The position numbers and the translations under genes were made by a program. A stretch of DNA of 64,000 bases from Patescibacteria group bacterium (GTDB lineage Bacteria; Patescibacteriota; UBA1384; JACPKC01), in NCBI GenBank assembly GCA_050944875.1, contig JBMNRW010000002.1, positions 1,009 through 65,008 of the forward strand, read 5' to 3'. Shown piece after piece: positions 1 through 12,119 of this stretch. Below the pieces are notes generated by a model, which ran no database searches, was not told where the DNA came from, and was given only the letters and a program-made list of their open reading frames with translations. Position 1 is the stretch's first letter. Every line of letters begins with the position of its first letter.

Positions 1-38
1 GACCGCATCAAACGACTCAAGGCGATGGAGACGGACGC

Positions 39-42
<4 letters not shown>
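1..42 (+). CDS. 3' end of an upstream gene (possibly M48/HtpX-like protease)
   Basis: Frame 1 reads DRIKRLKAMETDA*, resembling the HtpX C-terminus; only 13 codons visible. Confidence 0.3.
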
Positions 43-2532
<2,490 letters not shown>

Positions 2533-2689
2533 TTTGTACTTAGCACACAAAGGGCGTCTCGGCAGTGCCGGGGCGTCGGTGGTGCGGTGCACTAGTGTGC
2601 TTACGAGGGCGTCAGTCCCAGTCGAGGCTGGATAAGTTGCGCCTTGGCGCGCTGCTTGCGGACCGCGCGGATGCGCGGGGACCGCCAGC

Positions 2690-3860
2690 GGGTCGAGCGG
2701 CTCGTCGCCGATTCGGAAGCCGCCAATGCGGAACCGGAAGCGGTGGAGGCCGGTGGCGATGTGATTCGTGCAGTCGAGCGACAATCGGTCGCGCGGACTC
2801 TCGTACGACGTGTCGCCGAGGAGCCCCAAGTGCATCGTCTCAGGTAGGTAGCCAAACGTGCTTTGCGCCTCGCCCATTTTGAGGAGGTGAGCCCCCTTGA
2901 CACGGCTGGGGATCGTGAAGATCGCGCCGTCGAGCTGAAGGCAGTGCTCGGTGAGGTAGGTCGAGCCCTCGAGACTCCGGGGGCGGCCGGCATCGACGAT
3001 GATGCAGCCCGGTCGGAACAACTCGCGGTTCAGAGCGAGGTGCGAAGCGTCGGCGGTGCTTGTCGCTAGAGCGACGACATCACCCCACTGATTGCCGTGT
3101 TGAGGCGTGAGGCATCGTAGGCTCGGACAGCTTCCGGTGTGACGCCGTACTGCGTGAGCTCATCGGCGAGCCGACGGAGCTTGGTAATATTGCGTGCGAC
3201 GATCGCGACGTTCCCGAATCGCTTAGCGAGCAGCAGGCAGGTTGGCCGACCAACCGCTCCGGTGGCACCAACGATGACGATGCGACTCTTCTTGGGGTTC
3301 ATTTTGAGGTCGCGCATGGCGCGCACGACGCCGCCGTGGATTCCGATTGCTGTTCCGTGGCTGCCGGATGTATTCGGAATGACTCGTTCGGTTGTGAGCG
3401 TTGTCCGGGCCGCGATCGAGGTGAAGGCGCCGAGACCAAGGCAGCCGACGCCGAGTGAATCGCGGGCAAATACGGCTGCCCGACGGATCGAGCCGAGGAT
3501 CTCCTCGTGTTTTGACTCGTCGAGGAAGTCTTCGGCCAGGCAGGGAATGAACAGGAGGGCGCCGAAACTCCGACGCCGCCGAGTGCGCAGCGCGTAGTGG
3601 CCGACGATACGGCCGTCGAGCTCCTTGAGTGCCGGGTCGAAGAACATGCGGCGAATTGCGTTCCGCTGCACCGGCGACTGGTTCGCCTTCTCGAGCCGCC
3701 GGGCGAGTTTCGAGCTCACACCAGCTGGCGTCATTCGCGCACCGCTTCCGAGCGCGGGCGGGTGTATGAGAAAGGCGGTGTTGACTGAGCCAGCGCTCGG
3801 CGTGGACAGGTTCTCTTCGTACTCGCTCAAGGCGCCGTGCGTTCGGATGACGTGCAGCAT
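2690..3860 (-). pseudogene. acyl-ACP reductase-like / COG5322 NAD(P)-binding dehydrogenase, frameshifted
   Basis: AFLIHP, LGLGAFTS and VGATGAVG Rossmann motif in ORF 3066-3860; homology continues in another frame (DVVALATS...PGCIIVDAGRPR...FGYLPETM) after ~3085; 3' limit approximate because that frame stays open to 2317. Confidence 0.75.
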
Positions 3861-3982
3861 GAGGTGATCGCTCTAATTTTGGAAAGAGTCGTCCGACCGG
3901 GCGATACCGCGGAGTATGCGCTTGGAGCACCGCGCCGTCACCTTGTCGAACGGGAGTGGGGTGTGTACCCTGAGGAGTAACT

Positions 3983-4297
3983 ATGGAGCGCCACGATATC
4001 GAACAGCTCGCCCGCTTGGCTCGTCTCGAACTTACCGAGGACGAGCTCACGCGCCTTCCTGGCGAAATCACGGGGATCCTCCGTTATGTCGGGCAGCTCG
4101 AAGAGGTGGACGTCGATGGCGTCGAGCCAACTGGGCAGGTGCTCGGCCTCTCGAACGTCCTCCGTACTGACGAGCCGCGCGGGGACTCGCTCGAAGTGCT
4201 CCGAGAACGCCGGAGTGTGCTCCTCGCCATGGCACCTGAGACGACCGATGACGGGTACCTCGTCGTCCCGAAGGTGATCGATCGGGGGGACGAGTGA
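3983..4297 (+). CDS. gatC: Asp/Glu-tRNA amidotransferase subunit C
   Basis: LARLARLEL...VPKVI pattern; directly upstream of gatA. Confidence 0.95.
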   Translation: MERHDIEQLARLARLELTEDELTRLPGEITGILRYVGQLEEVDVDGVEPTGQVLGLSNVLRTDEPRGDSLEVLRERRSVLLAMAPETTDDGYLVVPKVIDRGDE

Positions 4298-5757
4298 CGC
4301 CGAAGACGATCGCGGTAGCGGCGAAGGCACTCGAGGCGGGCGAGCTCTCCGCCGTCGAGCTGACGACTACCTATCTCGACGCGATCGCGACGAAGGACGA
4401 GGCGCTCAACGCGTACCTCAACGTCGACCGTGACGGCGCCCTTGAGGCTGCGAAAGCGGCGGACGAGCGCCGGGCGGCCGGCCAAGTGCGCGGCGCGCTC
4501 GACGGCATCCCAATCTCTGTGAAGGACGTTATCGTTACCGAGGGGATCCCGACCACGGCTGCTTCGAAGCTCCTTGACGGGTACGTGCCACCGTACGACG
4601 CGACCGTCGTCCAAAAGCTCAAGGACGCTGGCGCCGTCATCCTCGGGAAGACGAACTGCGACGCGTGGGCACACGGCTCGTCGACCGAGAACTCCGCCTA
4701 TGGCCCGACTAGGAACCCGTGGGATACGTCCCGCGTACCAGGTGGGAGCTCGGGTGGGTCAGCTGCTGCAGTCGCGGCTGGGCTCGGCCTCGCTTCGATC
4801 GGGACAGATACCGGCGGCTCGATTCGCCAGCCCGCTGCACTAACCGGCACGACCGGCTTCAAGCCGACGTACGGTCGGGTCAGTCGGTACGGGCTCATCG
4901 CGATGGCGAGCTCGCTCGACTGCCCGGGTCCGTTCACCCGTACTGCCGAGGACGCGGCGATCCTCATGGCGGCGATCGCTGGCCGCGACCCGCTCGACGC
5001 GACCTCGCTCCCGGACGCACCGCCCGCCGTGCCGGTGCTCGACGATGTTCGTCCGCTCGCGGGGAAGGTGATCGGCGTGCCCAATGAGTTTTTCGGCGAG
5101 GGGCTCGACCCGCGCGTCGATGGGCTCGTCCGGCAGGCGCTCCGTGTGTACGAACGACTCGGCGCAACCCTGAAGCCGATCTCGCTCCCACTTACGAAGT
5201 ACGGGATCGCCGTCTACTACATCGTCATGCCGGCCGAGGTGAGCTCGAACCTAGCCCGCTTTGACGGTATTCGCTACGGCCGCCGCGCCGCGGATGCAAC
5301 CTCGCTCGCCGAGGTGTACGCGAAGACGCGCGCCCAGGGCTTCGGCACCGAGGCGAAGCGGCGGATTATGATGGGAACCTACGTCCTGTCGAGCGGGTAC
5401 TACGACGCGTACTACCGGCGGGCGATGCAGGTCCGGCGCCTCCTCATCGACGAGGTGCGTGACACGTTCGGTCAGGTAGATTTCATCGCCACGCCGACGG
5501 CGCCGACACCCGCCTTCAAGTTCGGGGAGAAGACTAATGATCCCCTTCAGATGTACCTCTCGGACGTCTATACCGTGACTGCGAACTTGACCGGCAACCC
5601 GGCGATCTCAATCCCGTGCGGGTTCGTGGCTGAGGACGGGCACGAGCTCCCGGTTGGCCTCCAGCTTATCGGCGACATTACGGACGACGAGAACGTGCTT
5701 CGGGCCGCGATGGCGTATCAGCGCGAGACTGACTGGCACAAGAAGGAGCCGGCGTGA
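4294..5757 (+). CDS. gatA: Asp/Glu-tRNA amidotransferase subunit A
   Basis: Amidase signature PGGSSGGSAAAVA, GTDTGGSIRQPA, SSNLARFDG. Confidence 0.98.
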   Translation: MTPKTIAVAAKALEAGELSAVELTTTYLDAIATKDEALNAYLNVDRDGALEAAKAADERRAAGQVRGALDGIPISVKDVIVTEGIPTTAASKLLDGYVPPYDATVVQKLKDAGAVILGKTNCDAWAHGSSTENSAYGPTRNPWDTSRVPGGSSGGSAAAVAAGLGLASIGTDTGGSIRQPAALTGTTGFKPTYGRVSRYGLIAMASSLDCPGPFTRTAEDAAILMAAIAGRDPLDATSLPDAPPAVPVLDDVRPLAGKVIGVPNEFFGEGLDPRVDGLVRQALRVYERLGATLKPISLPLTKYGIAVYYIVMPAEVSSNLARFDGIRYGRRAADATSLAEVYAKTRAQGFGTEAKRRIMMGTYVLSSGYYDAYYRRAMQVRRLLIDEVRDTFGQVDFIATPTAPTPAFKFGEKTNDPLQMYLSDVYTVTANLTGNPAISIPCGFVAEDGHELPVGLQLIGDITDDENVLRAAMAYQRETDWHKKEPA

Positions 5758-6209
5758 GCGACCAGTATCGACCGTACTCCGGTCAGCGTCGCCGCCAGGC
5801 GTCTGCGATGCTTAATCTCTTCGTCCAGCTCGGCGCGGCGTTTACGGCGATCTGGCGCCTGATCTTCCGCCCGAAGCGCCAGCCGCTCGACCGGGTGCGC
5901 CTCCTCGCGAAAATGCAGAATATCGAGGCATCAGTCACCGGCGACGGAGCGCCGGCGGCACAGGCGGTCCTTCAGGCGGACTCCTTCGTCGACTCGGTGA
6001 TGCGCGCTGTTGGCGGGCGCGGGAACTCGTTCGCTGATCGCCTGCGTTCCCTTGAAGGGCAGTTCGACCGCGGGCTCTACCAGGCGCTCTGGGATGTCCA
6101 TAAGCTTCGCAATACAATCGCGCACGAGCACCCGAACATTACCGCCAGCCAAGCCCACCAGGCGCTCGCTGTGTTCCGGCGCGCCGCCAGCCGACTGGGA
6201 GCGTTCTAA
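5754..6209 (+). CDS. membrane-anchored protein with HEPN-like R-x4-H motif
   Basis: N-terminal hydrophobic helix; HKLRNTIAHE motif; coupled to gatA and gatB. Confidence 0.7.
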   Translation: MSDQYRPYSGQRRRQASAMLNLFVQLGAAFTAIWRLIFRPKRQPLDRVRLLAKMQNIEASVTGDGAPAAQAVLQADSFVDSVMRAVGGRGNSFADRLRSLEGQFDRGLYQALWDVHKLRNTIAHEHPNITASQAHQALAVFRRAASRLGAF

Positions 6210-7642
6210 TGCAGTACGAGATCACGATCGGCATGGAGATCCACGCCGAGCTCGCGACGAAGACGAAGATGTTCTGCGGCTGCCTCAACGCGCCGTTCGA
6301 GAGCGAGCCGAACACGAACGTTTGCCCGGTCTGCCTCGGGCTCCCCGGCACCTTGCCGACGATGAACGCCCGCGCGGTTGAGTGGACGGTCGACCTCGGC
6401 GCCGACCTCGGTGCCGCAATCGCGCCGTACACGAAGTGGGACCGAAAGAGCTACTTCTACCCCGATCTGCCGAAGGCGTACCAGCTCTCACAGTACGACC
6501 TTCCGCTCCTCTTAGGCGGCGCGATTGAGTTTCGTGACGCGACGAGCGAGGTGAAGACGGTCAAGCTCACCCGCATCCACTTAGAAGAAGATACCGCCAA
6601 GCTCGTCCACGACGGCGCTCGGTCGCTCGTCGACTACAATCGCGCCGGCGTCCCGCTCCTCGAGCTCGTCTCAGAGCCGGAGCTCCACTCGGCAGCGGAC
6701 GCGAAGGCGTTCTGTCAGACGTACCAAATCATTCTCCAGCGTCGTGGCATTGCGCGCGCCGACATGGAGAAGGGGGAGATGCGCTGCGAGGCGAACATCT
6801 CGGTGCGCCCTGTTGGTCGAGCTAAATTCGGCACGAAGGTCGAGGTGAAGAACTTGAATTCGTTCCGCTCCGTTGAGCGGGCGATCACGTACGAGGTGGA
6901 GCGCCAGATCGCCGTACTCGAAGCGGGCGGCACCGTCGAGCAGGAGACGCGCGGCTGGGACGACTCGAAGCAGCTGACCTTCGTGCAGCGAAAGAAAGAG
7001 ACCGCCGCTGACTACCGGTACTTCCCTGATCCCGATCTCCCGCCAGTGTCACCTGGTACGCTCTGGGACCTCGCGGCAAAGGAGCGGCAGGCACACGCGT
7101 ACCCGCACGAGGTGGCACGCGAGCTCATGCACGAGTACGGGCTGAGCGAACCGGTCGCGACGTACCTCGCGACGAAGCAAGATGGGGCGGCGGTCTGGGC
7201 TGAGCTCGTGAGCGAGTGCCCAGAGCCGGACGCGGGTGACAAGGCATTCCTGCAGTTCGCGACATCGCTCTACGTGAACACTGATACGGCGCGCGCACTT
7301 ACTGTGCCGCAGCTCGTCGAGCTTGCTCAGCTCGTCGTTGACAGGAAGATCTCGAAATCGCAGGTTCGCGAGGTGATCGCCGCTTGCACGGAGCGCGGCC
7401 TTGAGCCGGGCGAAGCGATCCAGGCGCTCGGTCTCGAGCAGGTGAGCGATGCGGGCGAGATCGAGGGGATTATCGATGCAGTACTTGCCGAACAAGCGGA
7501 CGCTGTCGCGAAATACCAGGCGGGGAAGCAGGAGACGTACGGGTTCCTCGTCGGCCAGGTGATGCGCGCGGCGAAGGGGAAGGCGAACCCGGCTGTGGTC
7601 AACGAGGCGCTCCGCCGAAAGCTTAATCAGGAGGAAGTATGA
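6209..7642 (+). CDS. gatB: Asp/Glu-tRNA amidotransferase subunit B
   Basis: GMEIHAEL, YFYPDLPK, HLEED, RCEANIS, YRYFPDPDL; C-terminal YqeY-like tail. Confidence 0.98.
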   Translation: MQYEITIGMEIHAELATKTKMFCGCLNAPFESEPNTNVCPVCLGLPGTLPTMNARAVEWTVDLGADLGAAIAPYTKWDRKSYFYPDLPKAYQLSQYDLPLLLGGAIEFRDATSEVKTVKLTRIHLEEDTAKLVHDGARSLVDYNRAGVPLLELVSEPELHSAADAKAFCQTYQIILQRRGIARADMEKGEMRCEANISVRPVGRAKFGTKVEVKNLNSFRSVERAITYEVERQIAVLEAGGTVEQETRGWDDSKQLTFVQRKKETAADYRYFPDPDLPPVSPGTLWDLAAKERQAHAYPHEVARELMHEYGLSEPVATYLATKQDGAAVWAELVSECPEPDAGDKAFLQFATSLYVNTDTARALTVPQLVELAQLVVDRKISKSQVREVIAACTERGLEPGEAIQALGLEQVSDAGEIEGIIDAVLAEQADAVAKYQAGKQETYGFLVGQVMRAAKGKANPAVVNEALRRKLNQEEV

Positions 7643-7890
7643 CGAAAGAGTACCTCGAGAAGGTCATTGATCTTGTCACTGCCGCGTTCGGGTTGGTTGC
7701 CGCCCTTGCCTGGAACAGTGCGATCCAGGAGCTCATCAACGCGTACTACCCGGCCGGTGATGACCTGCGCGGGAAGTTCCTCTACGCGATCGTCATTACG
7801 GCGATTGCGGTCTGGGCGACGACTTCGCTCGCCCGGATTCACGACAAGGTGATCGCTAAGGAAGCGAAGGCCAAGGAAGCAAAGAAGTAG
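7639..7890 (+). CDS. DUF5654-like small membrane protein
   Basis: AAFGLVAALAWNSAIQ motif; two TM helices. Confidence 0.75.
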   Translation: MTKEYLEKVIDLVTAAFGLVAALAWNSAIQELINAYYPAGDDLRGKFLYAIVITAIAVWATTSLARIHDKVIAKEAKAKEAKK

Positions 7891-7926
7891 GGCGGGGCGG
7901 GTGCTATACTGTCGAGTGGAGGTGCT

Positions 7927-9135
7927 ATGCCGAAGATCACGTACCTAGACGATGACAAGAGTAACCCCACGAAGGCGCCAGTAGCCCGACAGGACCGACG
8001 GAGAGCGCCGTTTATTGTGCTCTTCCTCTTCCTCTCGCTCTTCATGGGGGGCTTGGGCGCGGTGGCTGGGGTGTACCTCCTCACGACAACGAACTTGGCA
8101 ACAACGCTCGGTATCGGTACGACGTCAGACGACGGCAACCTCGCAGTGACCCGGACGGAGCGCGTTGTCCTCGAGGAGAGCTCGTCGGTCATTGACGCCG
8201 CCGAGAAGGTGAGTTCAGCGGTTGTGTCGATCTCGACGACGCGGAACGTCCAAGACCTCTTCGGGCGCGTGTTCGAGCAGCGTGGCGGTGGGACCGGCTT
8301 CATCATTACGTCGGACGGCCTCATCGTGACGAATAAGCACGTCGTGTCCGACGAGGGGACGACGTACACAGTCTTCACGTCGGACGGCCGTGACTTCGAG
8401 GCGCGCGTCCTTGCCCGCGACCCGTTGAACGACCTCGCGGTTATTAAAGTCGACGCGACCGGCCTGCCCGTTGTCGAGCTCGGGAGCTCAGCTGATCTCA
8501 AGGTCGGGCAGTTCGTCGTCGCGATCGGCAATGCGCTCGGTGAATTCTCGAACAGCGTGACGACCGGCGTCATCTCGGCGAAGGAGCGGCAGATCACCGC
8601 GTCGGGCGGCGGCGGCGTGGCCGAGAGTCTCTCTGGCCTCCTGCAAACTGATGCAGCGATCAACCCGGGCAACTCCGGCGGTCCGCTCGTTAACCTGAAG
8701 GGGCAGGTAATCGGTATTAACACCGCGGTTGCGGGTGGTGCGGAGAACATCGGGTTTGCAATCCCCATCGACGTCGTCGCGAAAGCGATCCAGTCCGTGA
8801 AGCAGACGGGGACGATCAAGCGGCCGATGATCGGCGTCCGCTACGTGCCGGTGACGAAGGAGCTCGCCCGGGTGAACAACCTCCCAGTCGACTACGGCGT
8901 CTGGGTCCGCCCAGGGGATGGCCGGACAGAGGGTGCGGTCGTCGCTGGCTCACCGGCCGATAAGGCAGGCATCAAAGAGAACGACGTCATCGCGGAGATC
9001 GACGGCAAGGCGATCAACGAGCATAACCCGCTCCTCACGCGACTCATGAGCTACAACCCCGGCGACACCGTGACACTCACGGTGTATACCGGCGGGGAGA
9101 AGCGCGAGGTGAAGCTCACCTTGGGCACGCTCTAG
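7927..9135 (+). CDS. htrA: HtrA/DegP-family serine protease with PDZ domain
   Basis: N-terminal TM, TNKHV, DLAV, TDAAINPGNSGGPL, one PDZ domain. Confidence 0.95.
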   Translation: MPKITYLDDDKSNPTKAPVARQDRRRAPFIVLFLFLSLFMGGLGAVAGVYLLTTTNLATTLGIGTTSDDGNLAVTRTERVVLEESSSVIDAAEKVSSAVVSISTTRNVQDLFGRVFEQRGGGTGFIITSDGLIVTNKHVVSDEGTTYTVFTSDGRDFEARVLARDPLNDLAVIKVDATGLPVVELGSSADLKVGQFVVAIGNALGEFSNSVTTGVISAKERQITASGGGGVAESLSGLLQTDAAINPGNSGGPLVNLKGQVIGINTAVAGGAENIGFAIPIDVVAKAIQSVKQTGTIKRPMIGVRYVPVTKELARVNNLPVDYGVWVRPGDGRTEGAVVAGSPADKAGIKENDVIAEIDGKAINEHNPLLTRLMSYNPGDTVTLTVYTGGEKREVKLTLGTL

Positions 9136-9147
9136 AGGAGGTAGAAC

Positions 9148-9882
9148 ATGAACGATCGACAACGGGGAGCGGCGTGGCTCTGGCTCGTCCTCTTAGTCCT
9201 TATCGCTGTTGGCGGCTGGCTCTGGTGGGAGCGCGGGACGACAGACATGGCAATTGTCGGCCGAGCGACAGTGAAGGCAGCACCTGATGAGTACGTGTTT
9301 ACGCCGCGCTACGAGACAAAGGGAACGGATGAGACCGCGATCCGCGCCCAGGTGACCGAGACTGGGAATGGGGTGATCGCGAAGCTCCGCGAAACCGGGG
9401 TGACCGACGCGATGTTGACTGCCGACGTCTCGGTGAACCCTGACTACTCACGCATCATGCCGGAGCCGACCGGGACGCCAACCGGCTACGTCGCGACCTA
9501 CGCGCTCACGGTGAAGCTCGCAGATCTCGAACTCGCGAAGAAGGTCCTCGACGTGCTCCGCGCAACGCCGGTCGTCGGCACGCTTACGCCGCAGTCGACC
9601 TTCGCTGATGCGACGCAGCGGAAGCTCGAGCGGGACGCTCGGCGGCTGGCACTCGAGGATGCGAAAGAGCAGGCGCAGGATACCGCCGAGACGCTCGGCG
9701 TCCGACTCCGGGGATTGAAGTCGGTCGGCGAGCCGACCTGGGGCGGTGTGCCGTACATGGGCGTAGCGGAGAAAGCGGTGCCGTCTGTTGCACGAGACAC
9801 CGCGACTCCAGCGACACCAGAGTTTCTGACGGGAGAGCAAGAGGTGACGTACCAAATCCAGGTTGTTTATCGAGTACGGTAG
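9148..9882 (+). CDS. SIMPL (DUF541) domain protein
   Basis: N-terminal TM; GRATVKAAPD, ALEDAKEQA, C-terminal GEQEVTYQIQVVY. Confidence 0.85.
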   Translation: MNDRQRGAAWLWLVLLVLIAVGGWLWWERGTTDMAIVGRATVKAAPDEYVFTPRYETKGTDETAIRAQVTETGNGVIAKLRETGVTDAMLTADVSVNPDYSRIMPEPTGTPTGYVATYALTVKLADLELAKKVLDVLRATPVVGTLTPQSTFADATQRKLERDARRLALEDAKEQAQDTAETLGVRLRGLKSVGEPTWGGVPYMGVAEKAVPSVARDTATPATPEFLTGEQEVTYQIQVVYRVR

Positions 9883-9898
9883 ATTTAAAAGCAATATA

Positions 9899-9927
9899 TT
9901 GACAAATACCTAGGTTGGGTGTACGCT
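9899..9927 (+). promoter_or_regulatory. sigma70-type promoter
   Basis: TTGACA-17 nt-TACGCT with AT-rich upstream sequence. Confidence 0.7.
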
Positions 9928-10009
9928 CGTCAGAGTACCTTAATGGGGACGCTGGCCGGAAGGCAGGCGTCCCCATGTGCTTCTAGGACTGCAGGAGGGA
10001 GGAAGGACC

Positions 10010-10246
10010 ATGCAGACCGTAGAACACATCGGCATGCTCGGCATTGGCCGAGAGCAGTCGCTCTACCACCTGTGGTGGGGCGACGGGAGGGACCGAGACG
10101 TTCTCTACATGGAAGTCCTAACCCGTGGCGGCACGCACTGCTGCTGCAAGTGGGGTTCCGTCAGTGGAAGTATCCAGGTCGGCCATCTCCTCGATCAGGG
10201 GATGGCGTTCGTCCGTTCGCTCTGCGCCCAGGAGGCGCGCTACTAG
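10010..10246 (+). CDS. small hypothetical protein (78 aa)
   Basis: ATG after purine-rich GGAGGGAGGAAGGA; own promoter upstream and hairpin downstream. Confidence 0.6.
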   Translation: MQTVEHIGMLGIGREQSLYHLWWGDGRDRDVLYMEVLTRGGTHCCCKWGSVSGSIQVGHLLDQGMAFVRSLCAQEARY

Positions 10247-10256
10247 CGGGCACATG

Positions 10257-10305
10257 AAGGGCCGGTTCGTCCGGTTGCCACGCGCAACCGAGACGACCGG
10301 CCCTT
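10257..10305. terminator. long imperfect hairpin between convergent genes
   Basis: AAGGGCCGGTTCGTCCGGTTGC / GCAACCGAGACGACCGGCCCTT inverted repeat. Confidence 0.6.
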
Positions 10306-11209
10306 ACTCGTGTGCCTGGAGCTCGGCGTCGAGCTCGGCGAGCTTCAGTGCACGCTCCTCGTCGAGGAGCGCCTGGATGAGCGGTTCGAGGGTTCCCTCC
10401 ATGACGCGCTCGATGCCCGAGACGTTCTTCTTGATGCGGTGGTCGGTGATGCGGTCTTGCGGGAAGTTGTACGTCCGGATCTTCTCGGAGCGGTCGCCGG
10501 TGCCAATCTGCGCTTTGCGGTTGGCGCCGAGCGCTTTCGCCTGCTCTGCCTCCTTCATTTCGAGGAGCCGGGAGCGCAGCAAGGCGAGCGCCTTCTCCTT
10601 GTTCTTCGCCTGGTGGCGCTCTTCCTGGCAGGCGACGACGAGGCCGGTCGGCTTGTGCGTCACGCGGACAGCCGTCTCGACCTTGTTCACGTTCTGCCCG
10701 CCCGCCCCGCCGGAGCGGTAGGTCTGGAACTCGAGGTCGGCGGGGTTGAGCTCAATATCGACCGGTTCGGCGACCGGGAGAACGGCAACCGTAGCGGTCG
10801 AGGTGTGGATGCGGCCTTGCTTCTCGGTCTTCGGGACGCGCTGGACCCGGTGGACGCCCGACTCGTACCGGAGGACGCCGTACGCACCAGTGCCGCTCAC
10901 CTCGGCGACGAGTGAACGTACGCCACCGAGCTCGGTGCGGTTCTCGTCGAGGACGCTCACACGCCAGCCCTTGGTCTCACCGTAGCGCTGGTACATCCGG
11001 AAAAGTTCGGCTGCGAAGAGTTCGGCCTCGTCGCCACCGGCGCCGGCGCGGATTTCGAGGATGACGTTCCGGTCGGCGTGGGCGGCTGGCGGGATGAGCG
11101 CATCCTCAAGCTGCCGAATCTCGTCGGCGGCGAGCTCCGCGAGTTCCGGGTTGCTCGCGGCAAGCGCACGCGTCTCCTTGAGTTGTGTGATCAGCTCTTC
11201 GCGCTTCAT
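10304..11209 (-). CDS. prfA: peptide chain release factor 1, N-terminally short
   Basis: [25 protein letters not shown] (PxT anticodon motif), [18 protein letters not shown]. Confidence 0.95.
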   Translation of the reverse strand: MKREELITQLKETRALAASNPELAELAADEIRQLEDALIPPAAHADRNVILEIRAGAGGDEAELFAAELFRMYQRYGETKGWRVSVLDENRTELGGVRSLVAEVSGTGAYGVLRYESGVHRVQRVPKTEKQGRIHTSTATVAVLPVAEPVDIELNPADLEFQTYRSGGAGGQNVNKVETAVRVTHKPTGLVVACQEERHQAKNKEKALALLRSRLLEMKEAEQAKALGANRKAQIGTGDRSEKIRTYNFPQDRITDHRIKKNVSGIERVMEGTLEPLIQALLDEERALKLAELDAELQAHE

Positions 11210-11277
11210 GGCCTCGCATCCTACCACGTTGCCTCCTTCTTGTCATCAGGAGAAGATGGGTGTACGCTCTCGGCGCC

Positions 11278-11760
11278 ATGGAGCCACGAGAACCACTTGA
11301 GCCAGGCGTGTTCGAGTACGCAGAGCGCCGCGCGGGCCGAGAGTACCAGACCTGGGCTGCCGATGCGGTAGAGCTGCGATCGAACGCGCTCGCCGAGATG
11401 CAGGCCGGCCACCTCGCCATTGCCCGAGTACTCCTCGACCAGTACGCCCACCACCTGCACGACTGGGTTGAGTACGAACGGCAGGAGGAGCGGCTGCGCG
11501 GCGCGGCGTTCGACCTGCGCGCCTTCGCCGCCACGTTCCGTGACGAGGTTGCCGCGCTCACGGCAGTCGCTGCGCAGACGTTGCCGCTCCAGTTTCAGAA
11601 ACGGTACGGCGACATTTGCGAACTCGTCGGCGAGTACGTTGCGAGCCTCGAGCAGCTCGTCTTGCACAACATGGCTGAATCTGCTACGATCCGCCCTGAT
11701 CTATCAGGTTCACTCGAACCCGGTCGTAGTGATTTGCAACCAATCGAATCAATTGAGTGA
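11278..11760 (+). CDS. hypothetical helical protein
   Basis: Host-like codon usage; fills the gap between prfA and rpmE. Confidence 0.6.
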   Translation: MEPREPLEPGVFEYAERRAGREYQTWAADAVELRSNALAEMQAGHLAIARVLLDQYAHHLHDWVEYERQEERLRGAAFDLRAFAATFRDEVAALTAVAAQTLPLQFQKRYGDICELVGEYVASLEQLVLHNMAESATIRPDLSGSLEPGRSDLQPIESIE

Positions 11761-11771
11761 GGAAAACGCGC

Positions 11772-12101
11772 ATGAAGGCGAACATCCATCCGGCGTACCA
11801 GCAGACGAAGGTTACCTGCAACTGCGGGAATAGCTTCGAGGTCGGCTCGACGATGACCGAGCTCAAGGTTGAAATCTGCTCGAACTGCCACCCGTACTAC
11901 ACTGGGAAGCACAACCTCGTCGACACCGCTGGCCGCGTCGATAAGTTCGAAGCGCGCCGCAAGCGGGCCGCCGAGCTCAAGGCGACGCAGTCCGACAAGA
12001 AGGCGAAGGCTGACGACAGCCAGGACGTACAGGATGGGAAGGAAGCATTGAAGGAACTCCGGAAGTCTGTCCTCGACGCCGAGCAGAGCGCGACGAAGTA
12101 A
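11772..12101 (+). CDS. rpmE: 50S ribosomal protein L31 (zinc-binding type, C-terminal extension)
   Basis: [27 protein letters not shown]. Confidence 0.96.
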   Translation: MKANIHPAYQQTKVTCNCGNSFEVGSTMTELKVEICSNCHPYYTGKHNLVDTAGRVDKFEARRKRAAELKATQSDKKAKADDSQDVQDGKEALKELRKSVLDAEQSATK

Positions 12102-12119
12102 GAGAGCACAAAGGAAGCC

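Noticed and set aside
9943-9976. SRP RNA (CCGGAAGG tetraloop hairpin)
   Set aside because: Lacks the CAGG/AGCA symmetric internal loop of SRP helix 8; it is a simple stem
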